A stretch of 64,000 nt of DNA, from the IMG/VR virus record IMGVR_UViG_3300024058_000001, positions 1-64,000 of that record; one strand, 5' to 3'. Each line of letters begins with the position of its first letter. Position 1 is the first letter of the stretch. A program made the translations under genes and the position numbers. The notes beneath the pieces are model-generated. The model was not told the origin of the DNA and did no database searches. It saw only the letters and a list, made by a program, of their open reading frames with translations. The DNA comes from a virus. Lineage: Duplodnaviria; Caudoviricetes. Below, one piece after another: positions 39,931 through 50,858 of this stretch.

Positions 39931-40485
39931 CTATGAATTAGGGTCAATCTCACATTTGCCTTTTTTATGATCCTCTTCAAACTTCTTATTGAATTTATCA
40001 AACAGCACTCTTTGGTCACGTATTTGTATGCACACATTTTTTATTACTGCATCTAAATCAATAAAATCTTCATCTGGAGGAGGTTTTGGTATTGAAGTTG
40101 CTACAAATACAATATCATTACCTTTACTTTTACGTGGTACATTCCACGCATCAAATTCTTTCATTCCTGGCAATATCTTGTAGAGTATCTTGCGTATATC
40201 TTCTAAGCTTAGATTAGCCATACCAAACTTATCCCATTTAATATCCTGTTTTAAGCATGCATCTAACCAGCCAATAACACGCTCTAAACCTTGAGGAAAT
40301 GCATAAGGAGACTGCCTAACAGCAGTCCATGCTAATGCCCCTGTAATATCTTTTCTAAAGGTAATACGTTTTTCTTTCCATGTACTGTTTTGTTGATTAG
40401 GTACATCTTTTAACACAGCTTTTATCTCCTTAAGTAAACTATCAGGATTCTTTATGTTTACAATTGGATATTTTTTTCTATTCAT
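39931..40485 (-). CDS. Hypothetical protein
   Basis: 184-aa ORF directly after promoter. Confidence 0.6.
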   Translation of the reverse strand: MNRKKYPIVNIKNPDSLLKEIKAVLKDVPNQQNSTWKEKRITFRKDITGALAWTAVRQSPYAFPQGLERVIGWLDACLKQDIKWDKFGMANLSLEDIRKILYKILPGMKEFDAWNVPRKSKGNDIVFVATSIPKPPPDEDFIDLDAVIKNVCIQIRDQRVLFDKFNKKFEEDHKKGKCEIDPNS

Positions 40486-40505
40486 GTTTATCCTTCCTTA
40501 TTAGT

Positions 40506-40534
40506 AGTATAACACAGAAGACTGTACTTGTCAA
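40506..40534 (-). promoter_or_regulatory. sigma70-type promoter
   Basis: TTGACA-17-TATACT with TG extension. Confidence 0.8.
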
Positions 40535-40797
40535 GCTACTATTATCCAAAAATTAGAATCTTTTGAGCTAAATCAATAGCCTGGTTTAAAAGAGTAAGTG
40601 TTATTCCCACAGCTTTTGGTGCTAACTTCAATAGTGACCATAACATGTGTAATCCTCCTTATAAAGGCTTTAATTTATCCTTGTTTGTCTTAAATTTATC
40701 TGTACGACCTGTTTTAAGCATATCTTGTATATCTTCTTTAATCATTTTAATAAGTTCTTGAATAAGTTCTTTAGGTGTATCAAAGACTATATGGCGT

Positions 40798-41166
40798 TCA
40801 TAAACTATGCGTTTCATTAGTGCCACCTTGTTTAAGCCGTATATGTGCAAATGCAGACGATTTATTATTAGACTTCGGTTTGTTATGTTTTCTTACAAAT
40901 TGCTTCGTTTTAGGCTTTTCAATAGCTTTTATATCAAGATTTGAATTCCTATATATGCTACCTTTATAGTTATCAGCACTACCACCTGGGCCATACATTA
41001 TGTCCAATGTTTGATTAAGATCCTTTGTCAAATTAAACCAATAATCAAATTTCTTTTTCCACTTCTTATAATGAGCAGGATATCTAAGCTTAATTAATTT
41101 CTCTTCTATTGCAATCCTGAGTTGATCATGTAATTGAGTATTAAATGATGTATGAGTTTTTTTCAT
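40798..41166 (-). CDS. Hypothetical basic protein
   Basis: ORF following last tail gene. Confidence 0.5.
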   Translation of the reverse strand: MKKTHTSFNTQLHDQLRIAIEEKLIKLRYPAHYKKWKKKFDYWFNLTKDLNQTLDIMYGPGGSADNYKGSIYRNSNLDIKAIEKPKTKQFVRKHNKPKSNNKSSAFAHIRLKQGGTNETHSL

Positions 41167-41171
41167 AATGT

Positions 41172-43340
41172 TTATTCCACTGACCTATTTTCTAATCGAA
41201 ATCCAGTAACAGAATTTTCTACTTTAATATTACCATGTCGTATTCGTCCTAATATATTTCTAAAACATATACTACCCGAACCAAATTGAAATAATTGTAT
41301 TTTATAGTTTGTAAGAAGGAAAAATTTTATATCTTTAAAAGAAGCTATAGTTGCAACCAATGGTGTTTCATCTTCTGCGGTAGATGCAGCTAATTCTTGA
41401 CTAATGTACAAAGATTGAAATGCTTCTTCATCCCCTATCCCTGATATCTCTGAATCAACAAAAGTTGATGTAAGTACTGGCATTACTTTAACCCATGCAT
41501 TTAGCATTCTTTTAAAATCAATTTCATAATTAGGCCCTCCTAATGGAGCATCTAAGTCATCTAACAATACAATTAATGATGGTTGTAAAGTAAAATCACC
41601 TGTAGAAGGGCCAAAATTAATGGATTGGTTAAAACCCAAACCACCAAATCTATAGCCATCTTCTGTTTGAGTTACAGAGTCTTGAAATTCTGGTAAAAAA
41701 GAGTTTACAATTATATCTAATGCTGCCTGATTCTCTAAAAAAAATATTCCGATGTTTAAATTATTAGTCTGAGTATTTGCAATTGTAAAAGGAGAAGATG
41801 GATCAAGCGGTAATGTAGTAACTGATCTATCAAAACGTAATTGCATTTCTAGTATAAAAGTTCCTGCTATATCAGGATCTTCTATCTCTGTTAAACCTGC
41901 ACATACTCCTGATCCTTCTAAATCATCTGTATCACCATGTGCATAATCTTCTAATTCTTCATCAATAGTTACTTTAATGTCTTCGTGCCATTTAAAAAGA
42001 TTAAGATCAGTAATATCAAAACTAGGTTTACTTAATCCAGGAAAAACGACATCATCATGCAATTCTCTTAATGTATTACCACTTGCTGAAATTCCACCAT
42101 TTGGATCAAGTAAACTTGACACAAATACTATATTACCTTTAGGTTCTACAGGAGCTACGTTACCTTCAAGTCCTATGATAGAAAACGAATTACCTGTAGT
42201 AGTTGGAGTTCTACAAGAAAAAAGCTGTGGTTCTAATGCAGCAAAATTACCTTCTGCTAAAGAACTAGCCAAAGAAGTCATTTTAAATATTTTATTTGCA
42301 AGTGCTTTAACTGTGGGAACTGGTTCTCCTGGCAAAGTAACACCATTTAATATTTCCAGTTTTGCTTCAGTAGAATTAGTAAATTCTACAGATATTTCTG
42401 TAATAGAAGGAAAACTATCTAAACATGCTTGATTGGGATATGTTCTTTCAATTGGAATATTTAGTTTTTGAAACGTCATTAAACGCCACCACCCTTGATT
42501 TTCTTCTATTGCATCAAAGTTTACTGGCCCGTGTAATTGCTTTGCTGGTGGTTCAGCATCTAAAAGAGTTTGAATTTGTTCAGTTTCTGCTTTTACACGT
42601 ATTTGCAAATCAGTAGGAAAAATAGCTGTTCTTGTAAATACTAGACCAGGAAATTCAGGTAAAGTGGATTCAATTTCAAATCCCACATCACTAACACTAT
42701 AATACTCAAAAAATAGAGCACCAGGTACTGTATGACGTAAATCTTCAATATGAATTGCTCGTAAAGGTGTATTTGGTGGTAAAGTAGGAGAATTCGTTAC
42801 GTCTTCTTGATTCACACTATCTGGAAGTCTAAATGTTCCAATAACCGTTCCATCTTTATGTATATATGGTCTACCACGATCTATATCTGTCCATTCATCC
42901 TTAGCTTCATCATTAGGCCCAGGTTCTACAGGGTCTTGATTAGGATCAACACTAAAATAAGTAGATAATTCGGAGCCAATTACACTTAAAATCTTTTCAA
43001 CAGATTCCCGTAACTCAACTATATGTAATACTCGTACATTGTTCCCATCTATCTCTGAAAAATCTGTGAGAAATTCTCCTGCAATTCCAACCTGTATTTC
43101 TTCTAGTGTTCTTACTTGTTGTAGTTCTCGAATATGAACACCTTTAACTCTATCGGCTCCTATAAATTCAGGCCCACTAAATCCCAATGGGCCAGTCCTA
43201 AGAGGATCATCTGTCCATCGTGGTACAGGCAATCCATTATCGTCTGTCCCTAATGATCCTTGTTCAAAACCAATAGTTTCTTCTGCTATATCGCCAATTC
43301 GTGAATGACACGTAGGACAAAGTAAATCGAATGCAGCCAT
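41172..43340 (-). CDS. Virion tail-tip / receptor-binding protein (putative)
   Basis: Acidic, beta-rich 722 aa; three HI.ELR-type motifs near N-terminus; last gene of tail module. Confidence 0.55.
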   Translation of the reverse strand: MAAFDLLCPTCHSRIGDIAEETIGFEQGSLGTDDNGLPVPRWTDDPLRTGPLGFSGPEFIGADRVKGVHIRELQQVRTLEEIQVGIAGEFLTDFSEIDGNNVRVLHIVELRESVEKILSVIGSELSTYFSVDPNQDPVEPGPNDEAKDEWTDIDRGRPYIHKDGTVIGTFRLPDSVNQEDVTNSPTLPPNTPLRAIHIEDLRHTVPGALFFEYYSVSDVGFEIESTLPEFPGLVFTRTAIFPTDLQIRVKAETEQIQTLLDAEPPAKQLHGPVNFDAIEENQGWWRLMTFQKLNIPIERTYPNQACLDSFPSITEISVEFTNSTEAKLEILNGVTLPGEPVPTVKALANKIFKMTSLASSLAEGNFAALEPQLFSCRTPTTTGNSFSIIGLEGNVAPVEPKGNIVFVSSLLDPNGGISASGNTLRELHDDVVFPGLSKPSFDITDLNLFKWHEDIKVTIDEELEDYAHGDTDDLEGSGVCAGLTEIEDPDIAGTFILEMQLRFDRSVTTLPLDPSSPFTIANTQTNNLNIGIFFLENQAALDIIVNSFLPEFQDSVTQTEDGYRFGGLGFNQSINFGPSTGDFTLQPSLIVLLDDLDAPLGGPNYEIDFKRMLNAWVKVMPVLTSTFVDSEISGIGDEEAFQSLYISQELAASTAEDETPLVATIASFKDIKFFLLTNYKIQLFQFGSGSICFRNILGRIRHGNIKVENSVTGFRLENRSVE

Positions 43341-43342
43341 AA

Positions 43343-46300
43343 TTACTCCAGATACCTAGCGAATGGCCCTGAATCTTGTGGTTGCTTAGGAAGTTCTTCT
43401 TTAGCTGATGCCAGCGCCCGTGATGCTTGTGCTAATTCGCTAGTTTCAAAATTTAATATAAATAATTTTCTTATTTTTTCTCTAGGATCAGATTGTCGTA
43501 CACCTGGTTCTTTTAGTAACGGAAGAATAACAATATTTTGAACAAATTTTTCACTTGTAAGTTGGACGATTGTAGTAAATCCATTTACAAAACTATGAGT
43601 TACTGATCCTACTTCTAATTTCAAGTTATTGACATTTACAGAAGACCGTAAATCTATAGTTTCGTCGCCTATTACTGTAATAGATCCACTAACTTGTGGG
43701 TCTTTTAAACGTGCTAGTTCCCCATCCGCTCTTGTTTGCATTCTTTTTAATATATCTTCTTCATTATTAAACCCTGTAACCGAATCCTTAAGGATAGCAT
43801 ATTGACCATCCGTGATAGACCTGCAACGTTTACCTGTACCTGCTGTTACTTTAGGTGGATCAGCATCAATAGTAAACTCTACTTCTATAGGCCCAGTTGT
43901 AAAAAAGTAATCTAGTAACACTCTAACCTTTACTAAACCTTCAGGATCTCCCTGAATACCAACACGGGATTTCAATACCCTGCCTACCTTAGTGCTAGGT
44001 GCCCAAATTTTAGGAATTTCTTCTAAACTAACTCTTACGGCATCTTTTCCTCGGTACTCTAAGGACGCACCAATCGGTTGTCTTTCAGTGCTATATCTAT
44101 TAATACTTCGTATAATAGGTCGTAGTTTTAAATCGTTTGCTGAAAAGTTTCTAGTATTTTTAAACGAAAAAGCCCGTCCTCTACTTTTGTCAAACAATGA
44201 GGTACCAAAATTAGAATTGCCAGAAGATGAATCATTAGACGTTCCTGTAAATGTTGTAGTTCGTTGACCTGTATCCTGACCTGTCAATGTTGGATTTCCA
44301 CGATCATCAAATCCTACAGTTAATTTTTCTCCTGTATCTGGATCAATAAATGTATCTCCTGATCTAGCTCTTTTCTTAATTGATCCACCCTTATTTTTAA
44401 AAGTTACTGTTTTATTAGCAGAATTAGTTTCAACTTCTATTTCTGATCCCTTACTAAATTTAAATGTACTATTTTGTTCTTTACCAAAAGAACTAGAAAA
44501 ATTTCCTAATTCTGTTATACCAAAATCATTTAAACTAACTTGAATGTTATCGTCAAATCTCACAACAGGACGTTCTTTTTGAAAACCCAAGACTTGAATA
44601 TCTCTAATATTTTTACCGCTAAGATCAAACTGCAATGCATGTCTTCCAGCTTTACCGACTGTATCAATAAAACTAGAAATACGAACAGTTTTCCGTATTT
44701 GAATAGGAGCACCAATTACTGTAATATTATCTATTGTTTCTAATTCTGTTTCTTGAACATCATAACTAATAATATTTTTTCCAAAATTAAATGTTCTTGT
44801 CGTAAACCCACCCGACCCAAAATTATATACAGATGTTATACCTGTCGACATATCATGATAAAGTTTTGCATTTCCAACTTTGTTTAATACAAGTTCGGCT
44901 GCTTCTAATGTAGTTAAATCGGTTATATCAATCAATCCAGGAAAATCTGTAGGCCCGTTGGTAATTCCTAAGTCTTTAAGAATTTGGTCTGCATTACGAA
45001 AAAATAAGATTTCTGAAGTATTAGAAGAAACATTGGGCAATCCCTTGATTTGTGCTGCTCTTAATTTACCCTCAGTAACTTGATTATCTGCTTTTACTTT
45101 TACTACGTTAAATACTGTAATTCCTTCATCTAATTCTTCTTCAAATAAAGCTTTTTCTGTTAATTCGATAATAGTACTATGACACGTATAAATAACTCTA
45201 AATCCTCCACCTTCGTCTAACGCATCTGCTTTAGTGGTAATAAATCCTCTAAAAACAAGTCTGCTATTGATTAGTACATCTATATCATCGTTTATAGCAG
45301 GATCACCACCTGGCCTAAAATCACGTGGTAAACTAAATGATGCGGTTGACAAGTTACTTCCAAAGCCTAATCTAACTTGTTCCAATATAGCAGTAGATTC
45401 AGGAGTTCCGTTTATTTTTACTACATACGTTGGACTACTGAATCTTTCTAAATCTTTATTAAACGTAGGAGTAGCCGTTGCTTCGTTTGAATTAGGACTT
45501 TCTTGTCCTAATCCGTTAATTCCTCTAACTATAAATGTAACTGCAACACCTTCCGTTTGACCTCCAACTTGATAAGATGTACCTTGTACGGGAAGGCTAT
45601 TTACTTTTACAAATGTAGGGCCTGTATCTTTTCTAAATATGTTAAAAAATGCATTGGTTGCTGTCCAAGTTAGATTAATAGTATCTGAATTTCCTCCGTC
45701 TACTGCTATTAAACCTGTAGGAGCAGAAGGAACATCATTATCTACAGTTGTTTCAATATTTTTATCAATTTCTATATTTTTATCCATTTGTATAGTTGCA
45801 AAGAAATCTAATGGTTCTTTTATAAATCCGTTAGAGTCAATTGTTTCTTCATTTGTAACAAAAATAATTGCATCAGAAAATATTTCTTGATCACCAATTA
45901 AAATGATTTTAGCATCTATACTAATATTTTGAGTAGAAGTTTCTCCTACAAATGTATCAGTAAGTATAGTTTCTTCACGTTCTATTTGTATAACACCTTC
46001 TGCAAAAATAATCTGAGTTGTAATCTCTCCTACAAATGCATCTGAAGTAATAAGCTTTGTTTGAGTTGAAGTAACAATTGCATCAGATGTAATAATTTCT
46101 TCATTAGTAACTACTTCGGCCATTAATGTAGCAAAACATAAATCTACTAATGATCCCGATATTTTAAACCAATTAATACCATCTTCTGTTTTAACTGCAT
46201 CTCCTCTTAAATAAAGTAAATCTAATGAATTTTTTGCATTTTCAAATTCATATCTGTTACTTGCGTCATGAGGAGCAGATTTAAATACAACTGCATATAG

Positions 46301-48295
46301 TACATTTTTTTGTAATAAAGGAGCTTGTGGTATTGTAGCTCTTGTAACAGGAGTACTTTTAGATGTTGCAAATTCAGATTTAGCGATAGTTGTTGATCCA
46401 ATTACTACACCATTAGGAAAACCATTTGTTGTTTCTTGTATTTCAATATCCATATCTCCTAATGTTCCACTATCTACCTTTAATACCGAAAACCATATTT
46501 GAGTAAGGGCTGCTGTTTCACTAGAAGTAAACGTTTGACCTACTTGAGCCGTACCAAGTTCATCATTTAAATCTGCTAGAGAAGATTGAAAATTAAATCT
46601 TCCCATTTGAAATTGATCAATAAATGGATTAACTTGTGCTTCCATTCTAATAACAATCGAACCATCGGCTAATGTAAGACTACTCCAAAGCCCAGGTTCA
46701 AATTTAATAAAATGATTACCTCCAGTCATTAATCCATCTGGACTAAATCCTGTTGTTACTACAAAATAACGATAAAAGTTTGAAGTACTTGCAGGAGTAG
46801 CAGATTTTAAAGTAATAACATATTCTATACCTGCAGTTAATACTGGCTTAGTAATAAAATTTACTGTAGTTTTTGGTGGTGAAGAAGTAAACGAAGTTGG
46901 TAAATCAGCAGGAGAAAATGCTACAGATTCAATTGGAATTCCATCGGGTACACCAGCTACTATTGTTTCTAGACTAATAATTAAATCAGAGGGAGCATTA
47001 CCATTTTCAGCTATTACCAAATCTACAGAATTTAATTTTCCTGTAATTGACGGAGTAAAGCTTTGACCAGCAGAAAAACCCGCATGAATTCGATGTATAT
47101 TGTTAAAGCTAAATGCTGCAAGTGCTATATTATCAATTCTAGTAGGAATTTCCAGTATCTGTGTTTGAGAAGAAACAGTATGAGTCCCTATAGGAGCAAT
47201 TTCAGCATCAGAATTTATATTTTGGGTTATTTCTACTTCTTCTGCCATAAACGTAGCAAAACCCAAATCTTGGTTAGGAAGCTCACCCCAAGATGTTCCA
47301 TCATTTGCTTGAACTGCACTTCCAGGACTATAATGGTTATCTGTACCTCTACCAAAAAATCTATAATTATTAACATCATTATGTGTTGCAGAAAATACAA
47401 TAGCATATTTGGTACCTGATGTTAATACAGGCTTTTCGGGAATAAAAACTTCGTAAACATCAGAGGGTATAACTGTTAATGTAAAGTCTTGCGGTCTAAT
47501 TTTTCCTTGTGCTTGTATAACTGATCCAATTATTGTACCATTAGGAAGACCACCTGTAGTTTCTTGAATCTCTATATTTAAATCTCCTAATGCACCTATA
47601 TTGTTTTTTATTGCAGAAAATTGAATCTTTTCAAGTTTTGCAGTTACGCTAGGCACAAAAGTTTGTCCAATTTTTCTTGTACCTGCTACATCATCTAAAC
47701 TAGTTACTGTATCAGTTCTAGTAATATTAAATTGATCTATGAATGGAGTAAAATCCACATCCATAGTAGTAACAAAACCTATATCTTCACTTTCACGTGG
47801 CGTACCTGTAAAACTTGGACTACCAAGAAATAACTCTCCATCTGGATAAATTTCGCTAGTTGTAACAGACATTTTTTTAAATCTTACCCCATAAAAAACA
47901 AAATTTGGAAATAAAGGTTGAAAAGATTTTAATGTAATTGCATATTTAACACCTTGTTGCAAAGGTATACTTGGGCTAAATACAACTGTTGTTGGAAGGT
48001 TAGCATCAATTCCAAAAAAGTTAGGATCTACAGGAACTGAAGAAGCTGATAAACTAGTACTACCTAATACAATTCCACTAGGTCTAGGAGGAATCTGACT
48101 ATCCATAGTTTCTATAGCAATTACTAAAGGAAATGTATAAAGACTCAAATTTCCTGGAAATCTAGAAATAGTCAAATCTATAGATACAAGATTACCCGTT
48201 ACTCCAGGAGTAAAACTCTGTGCAGCGCTACTACCATCATCAATATCTATTCCTCCTGATGATACAGCAATTGATATTTGATCTCTTTTTGGCAT
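43343..48295 (-). CDS. Large tail hub/central tail protein: four repeated beta-sandwich domains, 14-aa repeats, FN3 domain, hub-like C-terminus
   Basis: Q(S/T)F(T/V) repeats x4; PSAPTGL...LTW...IFR...VRGIN..G.ES..SN FN3; LVFRGFI and GSITV.GD hub-like motifs. Confidence 0.65.
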   Translation of the reverse strand: MPKRDQISIAVSSGGIDIDDGSSAAQSFTPGVTGNLVSIDLTISRFPGNLSLYTFPLVIAIETMDSQIPPRPSGIVLGSTSLSASSVPVDPNFFGIDANLPTTVVFSPSIPLQQGVKYAITLKSFQPLFPNFVFYGVRFKKMSVTTSEIYPDGELFLGSPSFTGTPRESEDIGFVTTMDVDFTPFIDQFNITRTDTVTSLDDVAGTRKIGQTFVPSVTAKLEKIQFSAIKNNIGALGDLNIEIQETTGGLPNGTIIGSVIQAQGKIRPQDFTLTVIPSDVYEVFIPEKPVLTSGTKYAIVFSATHNDVNNYRFFGRGTDNHYSPGSAVQANDGTSWGELPNQDLGFATFMAEEVEITQNINSDAEIAPIGTHTVSSQTQILEIPTRIDNIALAAFSFNNIHRIHAGFSAGQSFTPSITGKLNSVDLVIAENGNAPSDLIISLETIVAGVPDGIPIESVAFSPADLPTSFTSSPPKTTVNFITKPVLTAGIEYVITLKSATPASTSNFYRYFVVTTGFSPDGLMTGGNHFIKFEPGLWSSLTLADGSIVIRMEAQVNPFIDQFQMGRFNFQSSLADLNDELGTAQVGQTFTSSETAALTQIWFSVLKVDSGTLGDMDIEIQETTNGFPNGVVIGSTTIAKSEFATSKSTPVTRATIPQAPLLQKNVLYAVVFKSAPHDASNRYEFENAKNSLDLLYLRGDAVKTEDGINWFKISGSLVDLCFATLMAEVVTNEEIITSDAIVTSTQTKLITSDAFVGEITTQIIFAEGVIQIEREETILTDTFVGETSTQNISIDAKIILIGDQEIFSDAIIFVTNEETIDSNGFIKEPLDFFATIQMDKNIEIDKNIETTVDNDVPSAPTGLIAVDGGNSDTINLTWTATNAFFNIFRKDTGPTFVKVNSLPVQGTSYQVGGQTEGVAVTFIVRGINGLGQESPNSNEATATPTFNKDLERFSSPTYVVKINGTPESTAILEQVRLGFGSNLSTASFSLPRDFRPGGDPAINDDIDVLINSRLVFRGFITTKADALDEGGGFRVIYTCHSTIIELTEKALFEEELDEGITVFNVVKVKADNQVTEGKLRAAQIKGLPNVSSNTSEILFFRNADQILKDLGITNGPTDFPGLIDITDLTTLEAAELVLNKVGNAKLYHDMSTGITSVYNFGSGGFTTRTFNFGKNIISYDVQETELETIDNITVIGAPIQIRKTVRISSFIDTVGKAGRHALQFDLSGKNIRDIQVLGFQKERPVVRFDDNIQVSLNDFGITELGNFSSSFGKEQNSTFKFSKGSEIEVETNSANKTVTFKNKGGSIKKRARSGDTFIDPDTGEKLTVGFDDRGNPTLTGQDTGQRTTTFTGTSNDSSSGNSNFGTSLFDKSRGRAFSFKNTRNFSANDLKLRPIIRSINRYSTERQPIGASLEYRGKDAVRVSLEEIPKIWAPSTKVGRVLKSRVGIQGDPEGLVKVRVLLDYFFTTGPIEVEFTIDADPPKVTAGTGKRCRSITDGQYAILKDSVTGFNNEEDILKRMQTRADGELARLKDPQVSGSITVIGDETIDLRSSVNVNNLKLEVGSVTHSFVNGFTTIVQLTSEKFVQNIVILPLLKEPGVRQSDPREKIRKLFILNFETSELAQASRALASAKEELPKQPQDSGPFARYLE

Positions 48296-48296
48296 A

Positions 48297-48722
48297 TTAG
48301 TTCACAACTATTCTTCCGTCTTTGTGTATTTTCATTATCCTTTTATGATTTTTTTCATTTTCGTCTGTATATTGGAATCCTAAATAATAAACATGTTCAG
48401 GTGTACCAACTTCTACTAGATTATTTCCAAATGTTCTTGTTACTTCCCTATAATAAATAAGCCGATATTTGTAAGGATTTTTCCTTAGCATATCGGCCCT
48501 GGGCTGTAATCGTTCACTAGCAGTCTTCGCTGTTTCGATTGTTCCTTTTTCTAAGTCAACAATGTAACTAAGTCCATCAGCTTCTTGTAATCCAAAAAGC
48601 TGTAACTCATCCTGCCTTTCTAGTACATCTTTAAATAGTCTCTCTTTATCGCCTTCAAATTGATTTATTGAACTTCCATCTTTAAACACTGCAAACCAAG
48701 GTAACGTTATCATGTTAACCAT
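48297..48722 (-). CDS. Conserved phage protein in tail module
   Basis: W.A.F.DGS...Q, RLIYYR, Y.LG.Q; start at ATG 48722 with GGAGG. Confidence 0.6.
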   Translation of the reverse strand: MVNMITLPWFAVFKDGSSINQFEGDKERLFKDVLERQDELQLFGLQEADGLSYIVDLEKGTIETAKTASERLQPRADMLRKNPYKYRLIYYREVTRTFGNNLVEVGTPEHVYYLGFQYTDENEKNHKRIMKIHKDGRIVVN

Positions 48723-48759
48723 GTTAGCCTCCATTAAATTTGGGATATTGTATTGTATT

Positions 48760-48796
48760 ACAAATACCCCTAGCAACTAGCATTGAATTGCCAGGG
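48760..48796 (-). terminator. Hairpin/terminator after 154-aa virion gene
   Basis: CCCTGGCAATT...AGTTGCTAGGG then TATTTGT. Confidence 0.55.
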
Positions 48797-48801
48797 TCTT
48801 A

Positions 48802-49266
48802 TTAAGTCTCGTCGTATTTCAACGTAAACGTCTTCTGGTTAACTGCACCAGGAGGAGTTGAAACAGTTGTCTGTAACTGCAAGGTCATGTAACCCGAAAA
48901 ATCAGGATTACCTGCAGGAGCAGCAGGAGTTAAAGCTGCGCCTTCAGTTGTTGGAATATCAACCGTTGCAACAATAGACGTAGTGTCAGTAGGAGTAGCA
49001 AAAGTCGCATCAACTGCTGCTTTAATTGCTTCACCAGTAACAAACGTACCTGCTGATTTGAAAAAACGCAAATTAGCAATAGACGTAAATGTTCCAGAGA
49101 ACCTTCCACGAAGCCACTTCTCAAAGCTATTATTACCAGCCGTGATAGGGTCGTTAGTAGGTACAATGTTAACTGCATCTACACTACCGAAATTCGCATT
49201 AGCGATTCCGTTAGTTACTGTTTCAGCTACTGTATTGCTTTCACTGAATTCAAATGTTGCTGCCAT
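48802..49266 (-). CDS. Small virion structural protein
   Basis: A/T/G-rich, NSFEKW.R, C-terminal YDE.; strong RBS and downstream hairpin. Confidence 0.6.
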   Translation of the reverse strand: MAATFEFSESNTVAETVTNGIANANFGSVDAVNIVPTNDPITAGNNSFEKWLRGRFSGTFTSIANLRFFKSAGTFVTGEAIKAAVDATFATPTDTTSIVATVDIPTTEGAALTPAAPAGNPDFSGYMTLQLQTTVSTPPGAVNQKTFTLKYDET

Positions 49267-49294
49267 GATTAAATCACCACCTTTCTTTTATAGG

Positions 49295-50428
49295 TTATCC
49301 TTTAAATGATACTCTTATCCGAAATCTTATATTTAAAATTCCAGATGGACTAGCACTTGTAGGAGGAGTTATACTTAAGTTAAGAAGTTTCGCATTATTA
49401 GATGGAATAGGATTTTCAAATAAATGAACGATTTCTTGTCCAATCAGTGAAAATGTCGTTTCTGCATCGTCTTCTATTTCATATTCATAATCTATTAGTA
49501 CATCTTCTGTAGCAGAAGGCAGAGCAGTTCCTAATGTAATTTCCCCTGATATTCCATCAAATGTCCCACTTGTAAAAAAGTTAGTTCCTAATCTATTAGG
49601 ATCACTATTTAAAAATACACCAACAACTGCTATAAGGGGAGTATGACTAACAGTAACAGTTGTATCTGTATCAGATGTTTGTCTTTCTAAATCTACTATT
49701 ACAGGATTACTAATAATTCCGCTTGATTGTACACCAAACCAATCTTGTGATGCAACTTCTGAACCAAAGTCTTTTACATTTGGCGAATATGTTACAGTAA
49801 TATTTTGAGTAGCTGGAGGGATTTTACCTGTTACTCCGTCCCCAAATGATAATAATCCACTTGCAAAACTAAATGTGTATATCTCATCCGTAGAACCAAA
49901 TCCTGCTAAATTATCTACCCTTGTATATACAATTCCGCCAACTCGTACAATTAAAGGGTACAATACGTCATCATCTAAAACAGGAGGAAATGCAACAGTA
50001 AAGGTTTGGCTTGCTGCTCCTGTACTAGCACCTTGCAATTCATCAATAAGTTCTAATGATAAAATTCGGAATTGAATATCTCTAGCATCTACAGATTCAA
50101 AACCTCCACCTTTATCATTAAACAATTGAAAAGGATTATCAGGATGCTGAAATTCTTCTCCAGCTATTACACCTGTAAACACTAAAGGATTGCTCTCTAT
50201 ACCTACCTCCACAGTTGGAGCCGTAGATGCAAATAGCTTTAAATCAGGTTCATTTTTAGTAATCTGTGCATCAGAAAATATAGTCTCTGTAAATTCCACT
50301 AAAACTATAGAATCTGATTCAACAGTTTGAGTAGTAATAAGCTGTATTGTTGCATCAGACAGTAAATTTTGTGTTACTGTACCAAAAATAGTTGCATCTG
50401 ATGTAACATTCTGCTGTACTGTAGGCAT
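49295..50428 (-). CDS. Baseplate-associated protein
   Basis: G.S.G...Q.F and FGDG..GKIPP...NI.VTY motifs of baseplate-wedge-type domains; N-terminal 14-aa repeats. Confidence 0.6.
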   Translation of the reverse strand: MPTVQQNVTSDATIFGTVTQNLLSDATIQLITTQTVESDSIVLVEFTETIFSDAQITKNEPDLKLFASTAPTVEVGIESNPLVFTGVIAGEEFQHPDNPFQLFNDKGGGFESVDARDIQFRILSLELIDELQGASTGAASQTFTVAFPPVLDDDVLYPLIVRVGGIVYTRVDNLAGFGSTDEIYTFSFASGLLSFGDGVTGKIPPATQNITVTYSPNVKDFGSEVASQDWFGVQSSGIISNPVIVDLERQTSDTDTTVTVSHTPLIAVVGVFLNSDPNRLGTNFFTSGTFDGISGEITLGTALPSATEDVLIDYEYEIEDDAETTFSLIGQEIVHLFENPIPSNNAKLLNLSITPPTSASPSGILNIRFRIRVSFKG

Positions 50429-50429
50429 A

Positions 50430-50858
50430 TTAGACGTTTTGCTCCAATGTATTTGGAATTTTAATTGTTATATTGTAATCTTGTATATTACCATGTGTTT
50501 GTTCTTGAAATTGAATACCATCTGTTGCTATTTGTCCGTCATATCGTAAATGCCTAGTCGGGCTAAGTATATGCAATTGCCCTGGGCCAACTTGTATTCC
50601 ATTAATTAAATTATTTCTGAGTGTTTCCATATCATCCCAACTATTTGTTTTATTGAATAGAACACCCTTTAGTTCAATAGTACGTTCATTTACCCCAAGT
50701 TCTTGTACAATTGCGCCATCTAATAAAGGTACAATCAATCTAGCAGTTCGTTTACCAGGCGTAGGTCTAGTAATAAAAGGATTAGGAAAAAATGTAAATG
50801 TTCCTTGATCCCCATTAACACCTCTGCGCCATTCTACTGTTACTTTAACTGTGCTCAT
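50430..50858 (-). CDS. Distal tail / tube-initiator-like protein
   Basis: Position after tape measure; P.LDG..VQ.LG...R.I.L.G pattern. Confidence 0.55.
   Translation of the reverse strand: MSTVKVTVEWRRGVNGDQGTFTFFPNPFITRPTPGKRTARLIVPLLDGAIVQELGVNERTIELKGVLFNKTNSWDDMETLRNNLINGIQVGPGQLHILSPTRHLRYDGQIATDGIQFQEQTHGNIQDYNITIKIPNTLEQNV

Noticed and set aside
39845-39933. Possible TAG recoding (frame continues past two TAG codons)
   Set aside because: TAG clearly terminates other genes with tight downstream starts (e.g. 182, 4577) and long genes are uninterrupted
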